Source: Zygnema circumcarinatum SAG 698-1b | Lineage: Eukaryota > Plantae > Zygnematophyceae | NCBI GenBank assembly: GCA_037447605.1 | Contig: CM074820.1 | Coordinates: 1,054,001 to 1,118,000, forward strand | Direction: 5' to 3' | Length of the DNA: 64,000 bases | Part shown: positions 1 to 13,740 of the stretch, in pieces | Layout: each line of letters begins with the position of its first letter | How positions within the stretch are numbered: position 1 is the first letter of the stretch | Notes under the pieces: model-generated | What the model was told of the DNA's origin: nothing | Databases searched by the model: none | What the model saw: only the letters and a program-made list of their open reading frames with translations | Made by a program: the position numbers and the translations under genes

Positions 1-3000
1 AGAAGTTGCAGACCTGCACAAAATCCAGTAGACTTTCACGGTGTCAGTTGCTTGCCAGCCTCCACTCTTCACAATCAAAGTGTACTATCATTGCCAGCTG
101 AAATCCCCCCTGGAGAACCTTCCGTGCTGGTAGACAATATGAGGTGCATCCTATTCAGCTCCTGCAATACTCCATAGCATCTTGAAACTTCAAAGATCAC
201 ACATTCTGCTAAAAAGTACACAGTGGGACCTAACAAAGAAATAACTTCCTTCAACGTTGGCAGAACAAGTATGAAGTTCCTAAAAAATGCCACGAATACG
301 CGATGCAGTTCCCTATGCAGTTTTGACACAAGGGCTCCAAATTCCAAAAAAAAAAAAAACCTCCTCTCCTCCTCAAATCCTTCTGTTATTCTTACCCAAT
401 GGACTCCAAGGCTGAGTGCCACTGCCTTCGCTCGAATGCGAGAAGGAAAAATCTCAGGCAGGAGAAGAGCCGGAACGGGTCCAACACCGAGCGAGAACGC
501 CAAGACATAGCTGCAAGAAAGCAACAACACCCAAGTTTTAGATGCTAAGTCCATTCCTCTTCCTGAGCTGAAAGGTCAGATTCTGACATCCATCATCGAT
601 GAGGCTTGCTGCAAAGGGAGAAATACACGAGCTCATACACAACGCATGACCATTTTACAAGAGGGCTACAAGGCTTGCCTTAAAGCGAGAAAACCCGTAG
701 AAGTTCCTATGAAAATGAACAGACCTTCCCCTTAAGACATTTCGATTTCATTGCCATTCATAGACCATTCATTCTATTGCATATGGCAAGCATGATGAAG
801 TAACACCTTCATCGGGAAAGAAGCAATCCCAAAGCAGTTCAAAGGTCAGTGCAAAGAAAAAAATTGAAGGCGAATTTAACTCACGCAACAGTGCCCCCCA
901 CGGCGAGCAGTCCTGAGTACGCCTCCAACGCCTTCCAGGACAGTGCGAGTGCAAGGACAAGCATTGAGGCAGCCTATAGTCACAAACCCCCCTTTATATT
1001 CTCAGTTAACCTATAAAAACCTATGGAAGGTCTCTACAGTCAGGATGTGCCGTTCCATATAAAAAACAAAAAACGTTTATGAAAAACGTCACAACTGAGC
1101 TTGACAAATCCAGCAACGGTAGGATGCATGCAGCATGCTGAAATAATTCTGAAGCGAAAGATTGCGAACATTCTTCAAGGTTGAGTGAGAATACCATTCC
1201 GGCAAATGAAAGTGACAGCAACTTCTTGCGTCCCTGCTTATCCATTAGTCCCGATGCCACTCCAGTGCCTGAGTCAAACAGAACATGATTTTAGACAACC
1301 TTCATCAATTGGAACATTTACTCCTCTCGACGGAGCTGAGTTAAGTGAAAGCTTCAAATTCGTTGATACGAATTTCCCCCCACATGAACTTAAGGAAACG
1401 GCTGTCCTTTCCGTCTGCTTTTCTTTCTGTCTGTTTTCTGTCTGATAGGAAAAAGGAACTTACCGACCACATTTGCCAATCCAACAAGTGCACTTGCTGC
1501 CACATCAGACTTGATGCCAACTCGACGGAAAACAGCAGTTGAGTAGTAAACCACGGCATTGATTCCCGCAAACTGTTGAAATAGGTATATGGCGGCTCCC
1601 AGGCCCACGACTGAGTTTTGCATGCCCCCACCACCCCAAGATGTTCCATCTGCTCAGCAAACCTTCTAGCCTTTTTGTTGTGGTGACTTCAAGATGCTCC
1701 ACAAAAAACTTCACCAATAACAATAACATGACAAAGCTTTCCCTTTTCCCATCCTCCATTCCCCGGTAGAACCCAAAAAATAAACACACAAGGTGGACAG
1801 AACATAGATACTAAATACACACCAGCACATACTTAAATTCAACGGCGATATGTAGCAACGTCCCTGACTTACCCTTCCGATACCTCGCACTCAGCATATC
1901 ACTCCAACCAGCTTCTGCGGAATCCCCTGCTTCTGAACTACTTCGAGAAAGATCCTCCATGGCCTTAGCAGTCCGCCCCTTTCCCCATAACCTTGTGACT
2001 GCGACTTCTGCCGCTTCCACCTTGCCTTGCTGTACGGCATCAAGCAGAGGAGAACAAAAACCTGTAAGACCGTAAGACATAAAATCAACTGAAGACGCTC
2101 TACGAGAGAGTCTGTTTCAACACAGCAATAGCCAGGCAGAGTGTAACTTTAGCTACTTGTTTTTGGTCCACGAAAAACCATTCACAAATGAACTGGCCTT
2201 CGATCAAAGCAACGTTTCAGGAAATAACGACTTTACAAAAATCAGCTCCAACGAAAAAAAAAATGTTGCAATCAAACATCCATAATTTGATGTAGTGAAA
2301 GTCGATTCTGAGGGATCTGCCTTCTCAGCAAGATCAACTGTCCAATATGAAACCCAACCCAACCCAACTTTTCTCTTTTCCAAGGTAGCACACAACAACC
2401 AAACCACTAACAACTGATGAACCATGCGTTAGTCATCCCTTTGGTGAATGCACCTTGAAGAGCCATCTTGGGCTCTCGGGTGCCCACACCATGCCGGCGG
2501 CAAGGGCCAACGTGGGAATTACTGCAAGCCAAAACATGGTTCGCCACCTGATGCTCCAACCCAGCACGTGCTTAAGGCAGTCTCAATCGACCAGTGACAA
2601 TCAGCTCTCCTAGAAGAAAAGACCATACCAAGCATGCAACAACAACAGCAACAAGTTCATACTACTTTCCAGCACTTTTGCAGACCCCTGATGCGACTTG
2701 ATCTTTTGGAGCAGCTTTAAGTATAGGCCTACTTGAAGCTGTGTTGCAACACAAGCTGCTGTGATGCAATCAGCACTCACCATGAGGGATTTGCAGCGAG
2801 TGGTAGACCTGCTACTAGTGCTCCCAGAATACCTATGCAGATCGACAGTTGGTTCACACTTCCGAGCAATCCTCGAATTTCTGTAGGCGAAATCTGTACG
2901 CATGCCAACCCCACCACATGGAAATTTCAAGCCCTACTGACAAGCACTGGCTAAGAGACATGAACGTTGACAATGAGTTCCTGACAAGAATCTGTCTATG

Positions 3001-6000
3001 AGAATGGTTTAACAGGCTCGAAAATTTCTATCAACCCTAAACCCTAACAACCAAAAATAAAAAAAAACAAAGAAATGTGCAGGGTTACCTCAGAAATGTA
3101 CAAAGGCACCGCGCTGGAAGAGAGGCCTATGCCCAATCCAACAAGCGCTCGGCCCAGCAGCATAGCACCAACTGAATTGCTCGTGGCACTGCATGACCCT
3201 CCAGCAGTGGAATGTCATGTAAATGACGTGCTTTCATGCTGAACTTTTTAGCCTTCTGGCGTTGTGAGACAAATGCTTTTATTTCAAGAACCTGCAGTCT
3301 GCGCAGTCTGTAATCTGTAGTCTGCATAGGTATGGTGCTTCCAGAAGAAACACAATAACTAAGACTGCGGCAATTATGCAGTACATCGCTTGCCTCACAC
3401 ACTTAGTCCATGCTCCACTTGACAACGCTCGCCTCTTTCTCAAATTTGCTTCCCACTTCATTGCTCCTTGCCCTCATGCGCTTTTCTAGTCTTTATTCCT
3501 AGTCAATCTTCTAATCCTTCTGTTCCTTTTCACCATTCCCCATTATCCGAATTTTTCTCACTCTATTCAGTTTCCTCGTTCACCGACTACGGGTCTGATG
3601 TTTGCCAAATTAGCAGTAAATCCTGTCTTTATCAGGCGGGTCCCGACCTGAGAACAGTTCCCAAAACCAGGGGAATGGCATTCAGTTGAAAGGTGCGAGT
3701 GCGTCCCACAATATCGGCCAGCACCCCACCAGTGAAAGCACCAAAGAACGCTCCTGCAAGGGTGATGCTTACAATCCATCCTGCACGCCTCCTTGGAGAA
3801 CACAAAGCAAGGTGAATTCAGTGAGAACACGAACGGATTACCTTGCTCCACACTGACAGCATTGCAAAGTCAACTTAAGCCTGATTTAAACATCATATGG
3901 TGTTTACGTCGCGTACACTTTCTCGATCAAAGAGGTAAGGAAAGCAATGTCACTCTACGGATTTTTTACTCTCGTCATTCCAGGTTCACAAGCCACGTCC
4001 CAAATATTCATTACATTAACAAACCAGAATACTCGACCATCGCTGACATTCACCCGTAGTGCACTTGAAAAGCATTACCAGTTTCCAAACGAGAGATATC
4101 AGTTGCAGGTTGATTTTAGAGTTTGGAAAGAATACCTGCAACAGCTGCGTTGCCTGCAATGCCCAAGTCGATTTGAATCTGCTCAAGAGGCCCATTCACG
4201 ACGCTGCAAAAAAAAAACCTCTGCAAAGAGTCAGATTTATGTGAAAAAGTGATCTCTTACAGTACTTCCGCGGACTATTTTGCCAAAACTTGACTCGTCT
4301 AAATATCCACTGACGCCGACAAAAACCACTACTATCTTAGGACCAATGCACTCTCCTATTGACCACGATAAAACCTCACATGAACTATAAATCACAAGCT
4401 CTATGCAATATGCTCACAATATAATTGCATACCGAACACAAATGATGGCCGCTCACATTACCAGTGCTCGGAGACTCGACACTTACCTAAGATGATATCC
4501 AAAGAGGAATGCTCCCAAACAGGCGACAGCCACTGCCAAATACACAGCACCAGCAATTGGAGGCATCTTTTCGTCTGGAACGCTACTCTCCTCGTCCCAA
4601 GCTGTTGCAGCAGTATCTGCACGAGGTCGCAGTGCAGAGAGGATACATGAGTCTTGTGGAGAAGGAACAGCCATTACCGATACCAAAAACGAACACCATA
4701 CGAGTCTATTGCTTCATGATGCATATCCCTCGACTAACCTTCGCCATTGCAGTAGACTTCCTTATCATCAGATCATGCTCAGTTTCTTTCCTATAGGCAA
4801 GCACACAGCCGCGAAATGCCACCTGAACTTGAAACTATGCTTTACAGCACTCACATGAACTGTACCTGTGGTGCTACCCTGCTTTTACTGAAAGTTCTGA
4901 ATAATCTGAGAGAAATCACTACGTATTCCTTCACCGCAGCTTCATGGCAATCAACCATATCGAGAAACTTTCCATCATGTCTTCCTTCCATGAGGATAGC
5001 CAGTTCATCTGCTTTTACAGAATGTATGTCTTTCAGCATTGGTAACCTATGAATGCATGCATGTCAAGTGCAGAGACCACTTCCCTTTTGGGTCAAATCC
5101 AACAATACAAATAAAGCTCCTTAGGAAGAGCCGCGCAACCTCAAACGGATTGCATACGAATATATAGAACCTTAAACAGTTTGCATGCGCTTGTATGTTA
5201 TTGATCACAGATGAAATGTGCCTCGATCTACTATCATCAATTAAACTAACTTGGGGGTGAGAGATTCGCAAGGCAAGTCTGAAATTGCCAAAACGTTGAC
5301 ATACAGCGTGACTATCAGTACTAAGAATTAGAAATACTGCAATAGCAGAAAAGCAGAAAACCACAACAGCCAGCAGTGCCTATCGCTTTAAACTCTAAGT
5401 AGTTTGGAAAACATTCTGCGACGGAGGGCCCGTAACTGCTCTGGGCTACGCGGATAATTAAAAATTATGGATAAGCTCATTACGCCAGCATTCGCTAATC
5501 ATGATTGCACGTTGATCAACAACCTTTAAGGAGTCTTTTAATCAAACACCTCAACTCGATAAACATCAACTTTATACACAACCGAACCTTCTCCTATTGC
5601 ATGCCAATTGATCAAATAATGGCGTCAACAACAGCTTCCGGAATTTGAAATGGACCATTAATTAAAATTCTTGCGAGCGGAAGGCTGTTTCTTCACTTTC
5701 GCGAGCGATCTCAAAGAATCATGTGTGTGTGCATGAAGAAGAGGTTCGATAATACTCCACCTGCTGCCTGCGCCTGCGCTTTGCCTAGCTGCCTGGCATT
5801 GGATCTCTTCTGCCTTGCTTGGATTTCCATAGGCGCAGCAACGAAGGCGATAGAAGGAGCTGTTTCCTCAGGAGAAAACGCCAGAAGGTTCGTTACGTCA
5901 GACTCTCTATTCATCCTTCCTCTTCCAGCTGCTCTAACTCCAAAAAGCTGCCAGCTGTTGCTCCCTGAACGCCTCCATTGACGAGCATAGGGAGTCAGGC

Positions 6001-6196
6001 GGCTGCTTCCTTGTCTTGCGGAGGATTTTCTGCCGTGCCTGTTTTCAGTATACGCATGCGGCAGCCATGGACTGTTCAAGACTGCCTGCTGCAGGGACAC
6101 CATTCTGGAAGAAAAAAGAAGCTGGGAGCCTGGCAGCTGTGGCTGCTCCCCCTTGCAAGGAGCGGGAATCGGAATCAGTACATCACTGCTTTGCAC
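1..6196 (-). CDS. pGlcT: Plastidic glucose translocator-like MFS sugar porter, 3' end beyond left edge. Exons: 5761-6196 (putative transit peptide), 4487-4616, 4136-4203, 3648-3780, 3089-3188, 2781-2893, 2454-2547, 1873-2029, 1464-1610, 1195-1268, 885-973, 396-510, <1-13
   Basis: Spliced translation gives VACLGAFLFGYHL-SVVNG, PLYISE-ISPTEIRG, PESPRWL, FQQFAGINAVVYYS, MDKQGRKKLL, GPVPALLLPEIFPSRIRAKA, matching the plant pGlcT sugar-porter family. All junctions are GT-AG with consistent phase. The first exon (S/R/A-rich) is the least certain. Confidence 0.9.
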
Positions 6197-6297
6197 TCCA
6201 AAAGGAGAAAAGCTTTGAAAAAGTTTTCTATCTGACCGTTTTGTCTGCCCTGTTTTCGTACAGTTCGTGCAATTGGTACAGTTTGTACGAGCGAACC

Positions 6298-6905
6298 CGC
6301 GCCCTTTTTTTGTGGAGAATGCTACTGCAACCCCCTATTTTGGCTTTCGCACCCCCCTTTTTGAAAATTTTGCCTACTAGCGCGCGCAGTTTAGCAAATC
6401 AATCGGGACAAGAGCCATTTCGAATACGCTGGAGGGGAACAAATGTTCCAATTGCAAGCAACCAGGCCACAACTTAAGAACTTGCCTTAATTAAGGGGTC
6501 TAAAATCCTAACCTGAAAACAAAGAGTAACGGTTGCCCCACATCGATGACCTTTGCGGCTCCTTTTAGGGCTCCGTTTTTTGCGCTTAGGCTTAGTTTAG
6601 TTTAGTTTCTAGCTCCTAGTTTTTTGTATTGTGTGCTTAATTCCTTTGCGACCAGTTTCTTGTGGTTCCCCATGTTGAATTCGTCCATGTTCATTTGATG
6701 GCCTCACCATCTTGAGATCAATGCAAATCTCGTTGTTGGAAGTTAGTAGCGCAAAGGAAAAACAGGGGGGGGATATCCGAAACAGGGGGTGAAACATCCA
6801 AAACAAGGCACGATAACCAAAATGGGCAGGCAAAATTTTCAAAACGGGGGGTGTAGTAACTAAAACAGGAGGTGCAGTTATCATTCTCCTTTTGAAAAGG
6901 GCGCG
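6298..6905. mobile_element. Foldback/MITE-like element with ~78-bp imperfect inverted arms (6298-6375 and 6828-6905)
   Basis: Left arm CGCGCCCTTTT..GGAGAATG..CTGCA..CCCCCC..TTGAAAATTTTGCCT is the reverse complement of right arm AGGCAAAATTTTCAAAA..GGGGGG..TGCAG..CATTCTCC..AAAAGGGCGCG. True outer termini and TSD not resolved. Confidence 0.6.
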
Positions 6906-7029
6906 TTTTGAAACAGGTTCGGAAGTGACCGTTTGGTGGCCGTATATATTCCGTACAGAGCTCGCACAGGAGTACGGTCGTACGGACGGATGAGCAAGGG
7001 CGAAGTTTGAATAACTGGCGGCGGACTTT

Positions 7030-7400
7030 CGGAGGGAGAAGAGGGAGGGGGAGAGGGGGAGAGGAGGGGGAGAGGAGGGGGAGAGGGGGGAGGGAGAAAG
7101 GGAGAAAGGGAGAAAGGGAGAAAGGGAGAAAGGGAGAGGGAGAGGGAGAGGGAGAGGGAGAATGGCAGAGAGGGGAAGGAAAGGGAGAGAAGATTAGAGG
7201 GGAGAGAGGGAGAAAGGGGACTTAAGAGGAGGGAGAAGGGGGGGGGGGAAGGGAAGGGGAGAAGGGCAGAGAGGGGGGAAGAAGGGAAAGAGAAGGGGGG
7301 AGAGAGGGCGGGTGGGGAGGGAGAGTGAAGGGGACGAGAGGGAGCGAAAGGAAGGGAAGGAAGAAGAAGAGAGACCGGAAAGAGAATAAGGAGGAGCAGA
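7030..7400 (+). repeat. Purine-rich (GA/GGA) low-complexity tract
   Basis: Almost pure G/A sequence, including (GGGAGAAA)n and (GAGGGA)n. Confidence 0.85.
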
Positions 7401-7721
7401 GGAAGAGAGTGAGGGAATAGCAGGGCATGTGCACTTCCGGCAAGTCTCCCATTGTGTTGCACTTCCGCATTCAGCTGACGCTCATCCCCGCATTGCACCT
7501 TTAACCTCGTCCCACTTTTTATCAAAATGAAGAGGACCGTCGCCAGAGGCCTTTCCAAATCTTGTCGCACTATTCTCCTTGCCGGCGTTGATTTCTCCCT
7601 CTATTGCTGACTCATATCTGCAAGCACTCACTCCTTCATTTTCAAGATCCCCTCGCTTCACGCATGATTCATGGCTCCCCTTCCTCGCCCCCTGTAGCAT
7701 CCAACACCTCTTCTTCGCAGA

Positions 7722-8166
7722 ATGGGCCGCCAGCAGGGCTCTGAGGAGCCAGACTCTCCACCCTTACCCCCTGCTTCCACTCCTGACTGGTCTACAGGGA
7801 AGGGCTTCCTCTCTGTACGCCAATCTACTACTCAGCACCGCGTTAGGGCAAGCAGTGCCCAGAGTTCAAATGAGCACCTTTCAGATTCCCCCTTACTCGC
7901 AAGGCGAGTGCTGGCGTTTGATGTTTCGCCTACTAAGGCCCAGGCTCCCAGCTCTGACTTTTTGCGGCAATCGTTGTCATGGAGGAAACCGTGGTCGAAC
8001 AGGCGGTTTTTTGGACGACCGCTTTTTGTGCTTCTTTTTGTCGTTGCTGTGATCGCTTACACATGCTTTACGGTGACTTCACGGCAACCCGTGCTTTCAG
8101 TTCAAGAAGCCGGAAAGGCAAAGCAAGGTGAGCCAAAGTCCTCTCCTTCCTATTCTTTTTCGCAAT

Positions 8167-8217
<51 letters not shown>

Positions 8218-11200
8218 CTCTCTCTCGCTCTCTCGCTCCCTCGCTCCCTCCCTCTCTCCCCACCACTCTTTCATATCAAAATTTTCCCGCCCATTCGTTC
8301 CTCTGTATTATCCTCGTTCAATTTTATCTGTATCTCCTCTCCAATTTTATCTCTATCTCTCTCCTCGTCTCGCGAAGTTTTACCTTCGTTTTCTCTCTTT
8401 CCCTTCCCCTTCTTTCAACACTTCGGTCCCTGGCTCTCTCTCTCCCCCTCCTCCCCTCCCCTCGAGATCAGGCCCTAGCTCTGCCCTCGCCTGTTTCGAT
8501 TGCCTCTGTCGACTGTAACAATTTTCTCCTCTCATTCTCTAGTTTCTCTGTCCTGCGTCCGTCCCCTCTTTTTCCTACACCCACCCCCCCCCCCCCCCAT
8601 CCTCCTCGCAGCCACAATCAACTATCATTATTCTCTTCGCCTCACCCTTCTCTCACGTGTTTCCCATTCCCCCCCTCACCTTTTTCCTCCTCATTCGTTC
8701 TCGTCCCCCTTCGCTCCATTTTCTGCTTCTTATCTGCATTACTTTTCCTCTTTCTATCTCTGTTACCCTGCCCCTCCCTTCCGGTGCCGCTTCTATAGGT
8801 TCTTCTTAACACGGTAAGGATTGCTTGAGTTAACTTCTCTTCACTTATTGCTAGTAGCCACTATAGGGGGTTCCTCTTTCCGCAGCTTCCTGCAAAGTCT
8901 GATGATTTTACAAGTCTGTTTTGACAGGAAGCGTTGTCACTTCTTCGGCTTACCAAGCTGACAAGATCAATGAAACTTTACAAGGGCTAGATGATGAAGG
9001 GGAACTGAACGAGGAGCATGGCAGGTCGATTGCTGAAACAAATGTAACGATTGTAAATGAGTCAGGACTCCGCGAGGTTTTGAAATCGAATGAGGGAGAA
9101 TTACTGCCGGAACTAGCTGCTGTATCTGGGCAAGTCGAAGAGAAAGAGTCACAAACAGGTAGAAGAGAAGTGGTAGACACTGGTAGAGGAGAATTGGGTA
9201 AAGACGACAGAACAATGTCACAAAATAGGAAGGAAGACGACACATATGGAGGCGAAGGAGCTTCCATTAGTAAACCGGTTGGAAAAGCGGATGAAAGGGC
9301 GTCAAAAGGAGAAACAGATGATGATGATGATGACATTGAGACTGAAGAGGTGGGAGCTGAAGTGGAGCAAGATAGTGATAGCGATGATAAATCGGCGGCA
9401 GAAGAAGTGGCACAGGGAGAGGAAGGTACAAAGTTAGAAGGGCAGCAAGTGAAAACAGGACAACTTGGTGCTAGCTTAACCTCCCGTAATGCTGAATTTG
9501 CAAAACCAGAAGAGAGCAGAGGCATCACTGCAGGAGAAGGCTCAATCCTTGCTGGACTTCAGCTGAGCGGAAAAAACGAAGGAGAAAGCAAAGGTTCAAA
9601 GATAAAAGGTGATGTGTCAGAGACTGAAAAGACGGAAATTTCGTTTCAGAAGCCTCGAATCAGAACTGCTAGTAATGTTCCAACTGTGAAAGTGCTAAAG
9701 GAAGGTTTCTCATGTGACCGTTCACACTGGCGGACTGATGTCTGCACAGCTAGAGGAGATGTTCGGTTTGATCCAAGGAGTCGAACCGCTGTTTTATACT
9801 CCAAGGAAGAAAACACTCCTCGTGGAGTTGAAAAAGTTCGACCGTATCCTTTTAAATGGGGAACGACAATCATGAGCCTGATTGAAGAGATTACTCTCAT
9901 AAGTGTGAATGCTCCGGAACTGAAGCAGATCGATTTGATAGATAAAGACATTGAAGATGCCATGAAAACAAGCTCAGACCGTCGTGTGATGTTGGATGAG
10001 CGTGAAAAGAGCAGCTTGGGGGAATGGAGTGGGAGTAAGGGCGCTGTGCTTGATGAACATGAACTGACGAGCGAAAGAGAAGGGATGGAGAGAGGGCGGC
10101 GGTTATTGAAGAGTGTAGATGGAGTAGGCAGAGAAGTCATACCAGCAAAGTCAGCCATTGGAGGAAGGGCGACAAACAAGGAGTGGCATGACAGTGTGCA
10201 GTTGGAGGCCACTGTTCAATCAAAGATTCATAATCTGCAAGAGGATGAGAAGACACTAAATTTTGTAGAAGGTATTGACAAGGAGCAGTCACTGAGAAGG
10301 AGTCAGCGGGCTTTATTGGAGAACGACATCGGAGGTAAAGGAGAGGATGAAGAAAGAACAACTCAACGAAGGCGGAAAAAGATAAAGAGCGGTGACACTC
10401 CTACAGTGGACGAGGTCAAAAGAAAGTTCAAAGCTCAGCAAGCAATGAAACTGCCTCATGGTTTGTCACAATGGGGACTGGTCTGGGGTGAAAGGAGAGA
10501 GCTTGAAATGGCAGAAAAGGCCTGGAAAAAACGAAAGAACAGAAAGGGAAAGCTCGGTGATCAAGAAGGAGCTCGTAATGAAAGCAGCCATGGTGGAAGC
10601 ATCGGGGTAGAGATAAAGCAGGAGATAGAAAGAGAGGCTTTGAAAGAGTGGGCGCACAAGCTAGTGGTAGACACAACCGACGAGGTTCCGAATGTTGAGT
10701 GTGATATCTATCACAATGTGACAGGCTTGGTATTTTCTATTGGGGGATACACGGGAAATACATACCATGAGTGGCATAACGGTAAAGCCTATCATCACCA
10801 CTTTCACTTTCATTTCTCTGGGGTGGATGAAGCACTGTCAACCAGAAAATCAGAGGCCCTGCTGAAAGATATTTGTTTAGCTCGTAGAATAGACTTCTGC
10901 AGAGAGACGTTCAATGATTTTTTTTAGCAATTAAGGCTGTTGTATTTTTGCGTTAGGTTGTCCTGATGCCGGCTGAGACAGGTTTTTTGTTGGTAGGTGT
11001 TTGAATGCAGGCATTATTCCTCTTTGGATAACAGCACAACATCTCGCAGGAGAGGTGGCATTTGTCGTTGTGCAGCCTGTTGACTGGTGGTTTATGAAAT
11101 ACCGACACATACTCAGAGCCATTTCAAAATATCCAGTGGTGCTTGTCGGCTCAGATCCGTATGTGCATTGTTTTCCAGAGCTTATTGTAGGGCTTCGAAT

Positions 11201-12505
11201 ACACGATGAGGTCACTGTCGATGCCAAGGCGATGCCGAAAGGCGAGACGATATGGGACTTTCAGGTGAGTCAACATGACAGTTGTCTGTTTGTCAGAGAG
11301 GAAGGTAGAGGCGAAGGCACAAGTGGAGAAAGGAAAGGTACTGGGAGAGGCGAGGACGAAGGGAGAGAGCAAGGAGCAGGAGAAGGAGAGGTACAAGGAC
11401 AGCATCAGGGTGAGGGAGTAAGAGAGACGATAATGCAGCCCAATGCCGGTTGGAAGCAGGGTCCATGAAGCATGATCTCCTTGTTTTTTAGTAGAGGACT
11501 GTTCTACCTTGTCGAGTAAAGTAGTGACATTTTCACTTGAGAAACTGCTGCAGAGAATGTTGACGAAGGCATTGGGCAAGAAGGTGGGGAAGCACAATCC
11601 GCAACCCGAAGGCCGGTACATGGGTTGCCGACCAGTACTGACTTACATGGTGAGGGAGGGCAATCGAGTCATCACTAACGAGGCCAATCTTCTCAAGATT
11701 GCAGTGGAGTTAGGGTTTGTGGTCCGCATCTCGCGGCCTATTCATGAAACACTCCTGGAAGACCTTTGGCATGAGCTTCAGACAACAGATCTCCTGTTCG
11801 GGGTTCATGGTGCTGCTCTCACTCACTTCCTCTTCATGAGACCGGGAGCAGCATACATTCAGGTGCGGAATAGGGGCTATGTTCAAGAGGTTTGGGGTTA
11901 TACCACTGGGGTGTTGAACCAAACATACAAGGGCGGGGTACATGATTATATATTCAGCCCTGATGTTAGGTGCATTACCATTACTGCTTAGTTTTAAAAT
12001 CTAAAAGCAAAAAGCACAACCAAAGCCCGGAAGCTGGGATTCTGATTGTGAGGGCTTTTTTTGGTTTTCTTAATTGTATTTCCTTAATGATTGGGAATGC
12101 TTCTGCTGGCTGCAGATCGTCCCCCTTGGTATAGATTATATAGCCCACTCCTTTTTAGGGGCTCCTGCTGAACGACTCGGACTCCAGTACATGGAGTACA
12201 AGATAGCGGCAAATGAAAGCTCCCTTAGTGAAATCTATGCACCTGATGATCCTGTGTTAACGAATCCCCAGGCAATGCTGGATAAGGGAGAGAGTGCCCT
12301 GTATCTTCTCCATCAAAATTTGACATTGAATGAGGAACATATGAGGCAGCTCTTCTTTAAGACTAAGTTGAAGCTGCGGAACGCGCATTATTTTATCCGG
12401 CAAACGAATAAAGCTGCAAGGAATCCTGCCTGTGAAGAGGTTGAAGGCAAAGGAACCATCATTGAGTTACAGAGGGAGTTTCCCACTCCCGCGCCGGCAG
12501 TGTGA
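7722..12505 (+). CDS. GT61 (DUF563) glycosyltransferase, type II membrane protein, ~1,070 aa. Exons 7722-8127, 8928-10781, 11011-11264, 11554-11862, 12116-12505
   Basis: N-terminal TM (LFVLLFVVAVIAYTCF). GT61 motifs CDRSHWRTDVCTARGDVR, VRPYPFKW, FSIGGYTGNTYHEWHNG-IIPLWIT, LFGVHGAALTHFLFMRPGAAYIQ-IVPLG, YMEYKIAANESSLSEIY. GT-AG junctions with matching phases. Confidence 0.9.
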
Positions 12506-13740
12506 AGGATGAAAGCTGGAGGTTCATTCAGGTCTTTCAATGTCGGTATTCTTTTTGGCTGAGGCAAAGTGGAGGGTAGGGAAAACGAACTCGGTGGCTG
12601 AGCAGGAGGGAGAGAGCAACACCTTTTGAAATGTAGACTCTTTGTGGGAGGAGCGCATGAAGATGAAGGGCGAGAATGAGGGAGGGAGGGGCGGAGGTGA
12701 AAACAGTGCTATCGAAGTGCCTATACTTTAATCCTTCCTCCTAGTTCCTTCTCATCCTGTCTTTCCCTACAGCGTTCTTCTATCTCAGGGTCGCATGCAG
12801 CTCTCTTCAGAAGGCAATATCCCGGTTAGATCAACGCTGGAGGAAGAGGCACATCGCATGTGCTTAAATTAGGGGAAAACACTCACGACTGTGACCACAG
12901 AAAGCATTTGGTTTGTCACCTGCAATCTCCTCTGCCAGCGGCCACTGTTCGACTTAGTGAAGTGAAAGAGCAGCCCCTCCTAGTGTGGCTACTCATTGTA
13001 TTTATCAAATTTTAGAGCAACGGGAGGCTATTTTCAGCTGATCAACAAAGGGTTGACTTAGTTGACATGTCATACACTTTTCCCACCAATTCCAGCTGTG
13101 ATCCAAAAGCGAGGATCGTCTTTATTGCATGGACAAGAACCTCCCATTTACATGCAGGAAATTGGCGTATCTTATGCTCCCCTCCCCTATGCCCTCATTC
13201 CACAACCCTAATTCCTGATGGGCAGAAAGAACTACTAGCAAAGCCAACCTTACTACCATGGTTCCCACAATTTAGTATCCCATTCCCCTAAAGTACACGG
13301 CAGCAGCAGCTACACTATACAAATGGAATTCCAATCACAGCAGGCCTTCCATAGTCTACAGCTCTAAGTGAACACATTTGCATTCACCTATACCCCTGCG
13401 TCTCCTGCAGCTTTGTTCAAAGCAGCTACAATGAAGTGTCTCTCCTCTCTCCTCTCGTCAGCATTCTTAACAGCCACTGCTATATAGCAACCGTTTCCTA
13501 CCGCTGTATTCGGACAGCAACGCCCTCTAACAGACATCTCTCCCCTCTCGCTCTCCCTCCCTCACCCTCCTCCCCCCCAAAGAAAAGGCTTCCTCTTCAT
13601 ATCATCTCATTCTCCTCTCTCCATCTGCATTGCAGCTTCCATCTCTTTCAAATCACCGCGAATCTTGCTCTCCCTTGCTCTTGTTCAAATGCTCTGCATG
13701 TGATGTTATCAAATCCGACATCATCACATCCCACGCATTC

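Noticed and set aside
6881-8817. Long Ser/Leu/Pro- or Gly/Glu/Arg-rich ORFs
   Set aside because: Translations of microsatellite tracts. The 7722 ORF is real only up to the donor at 8127.
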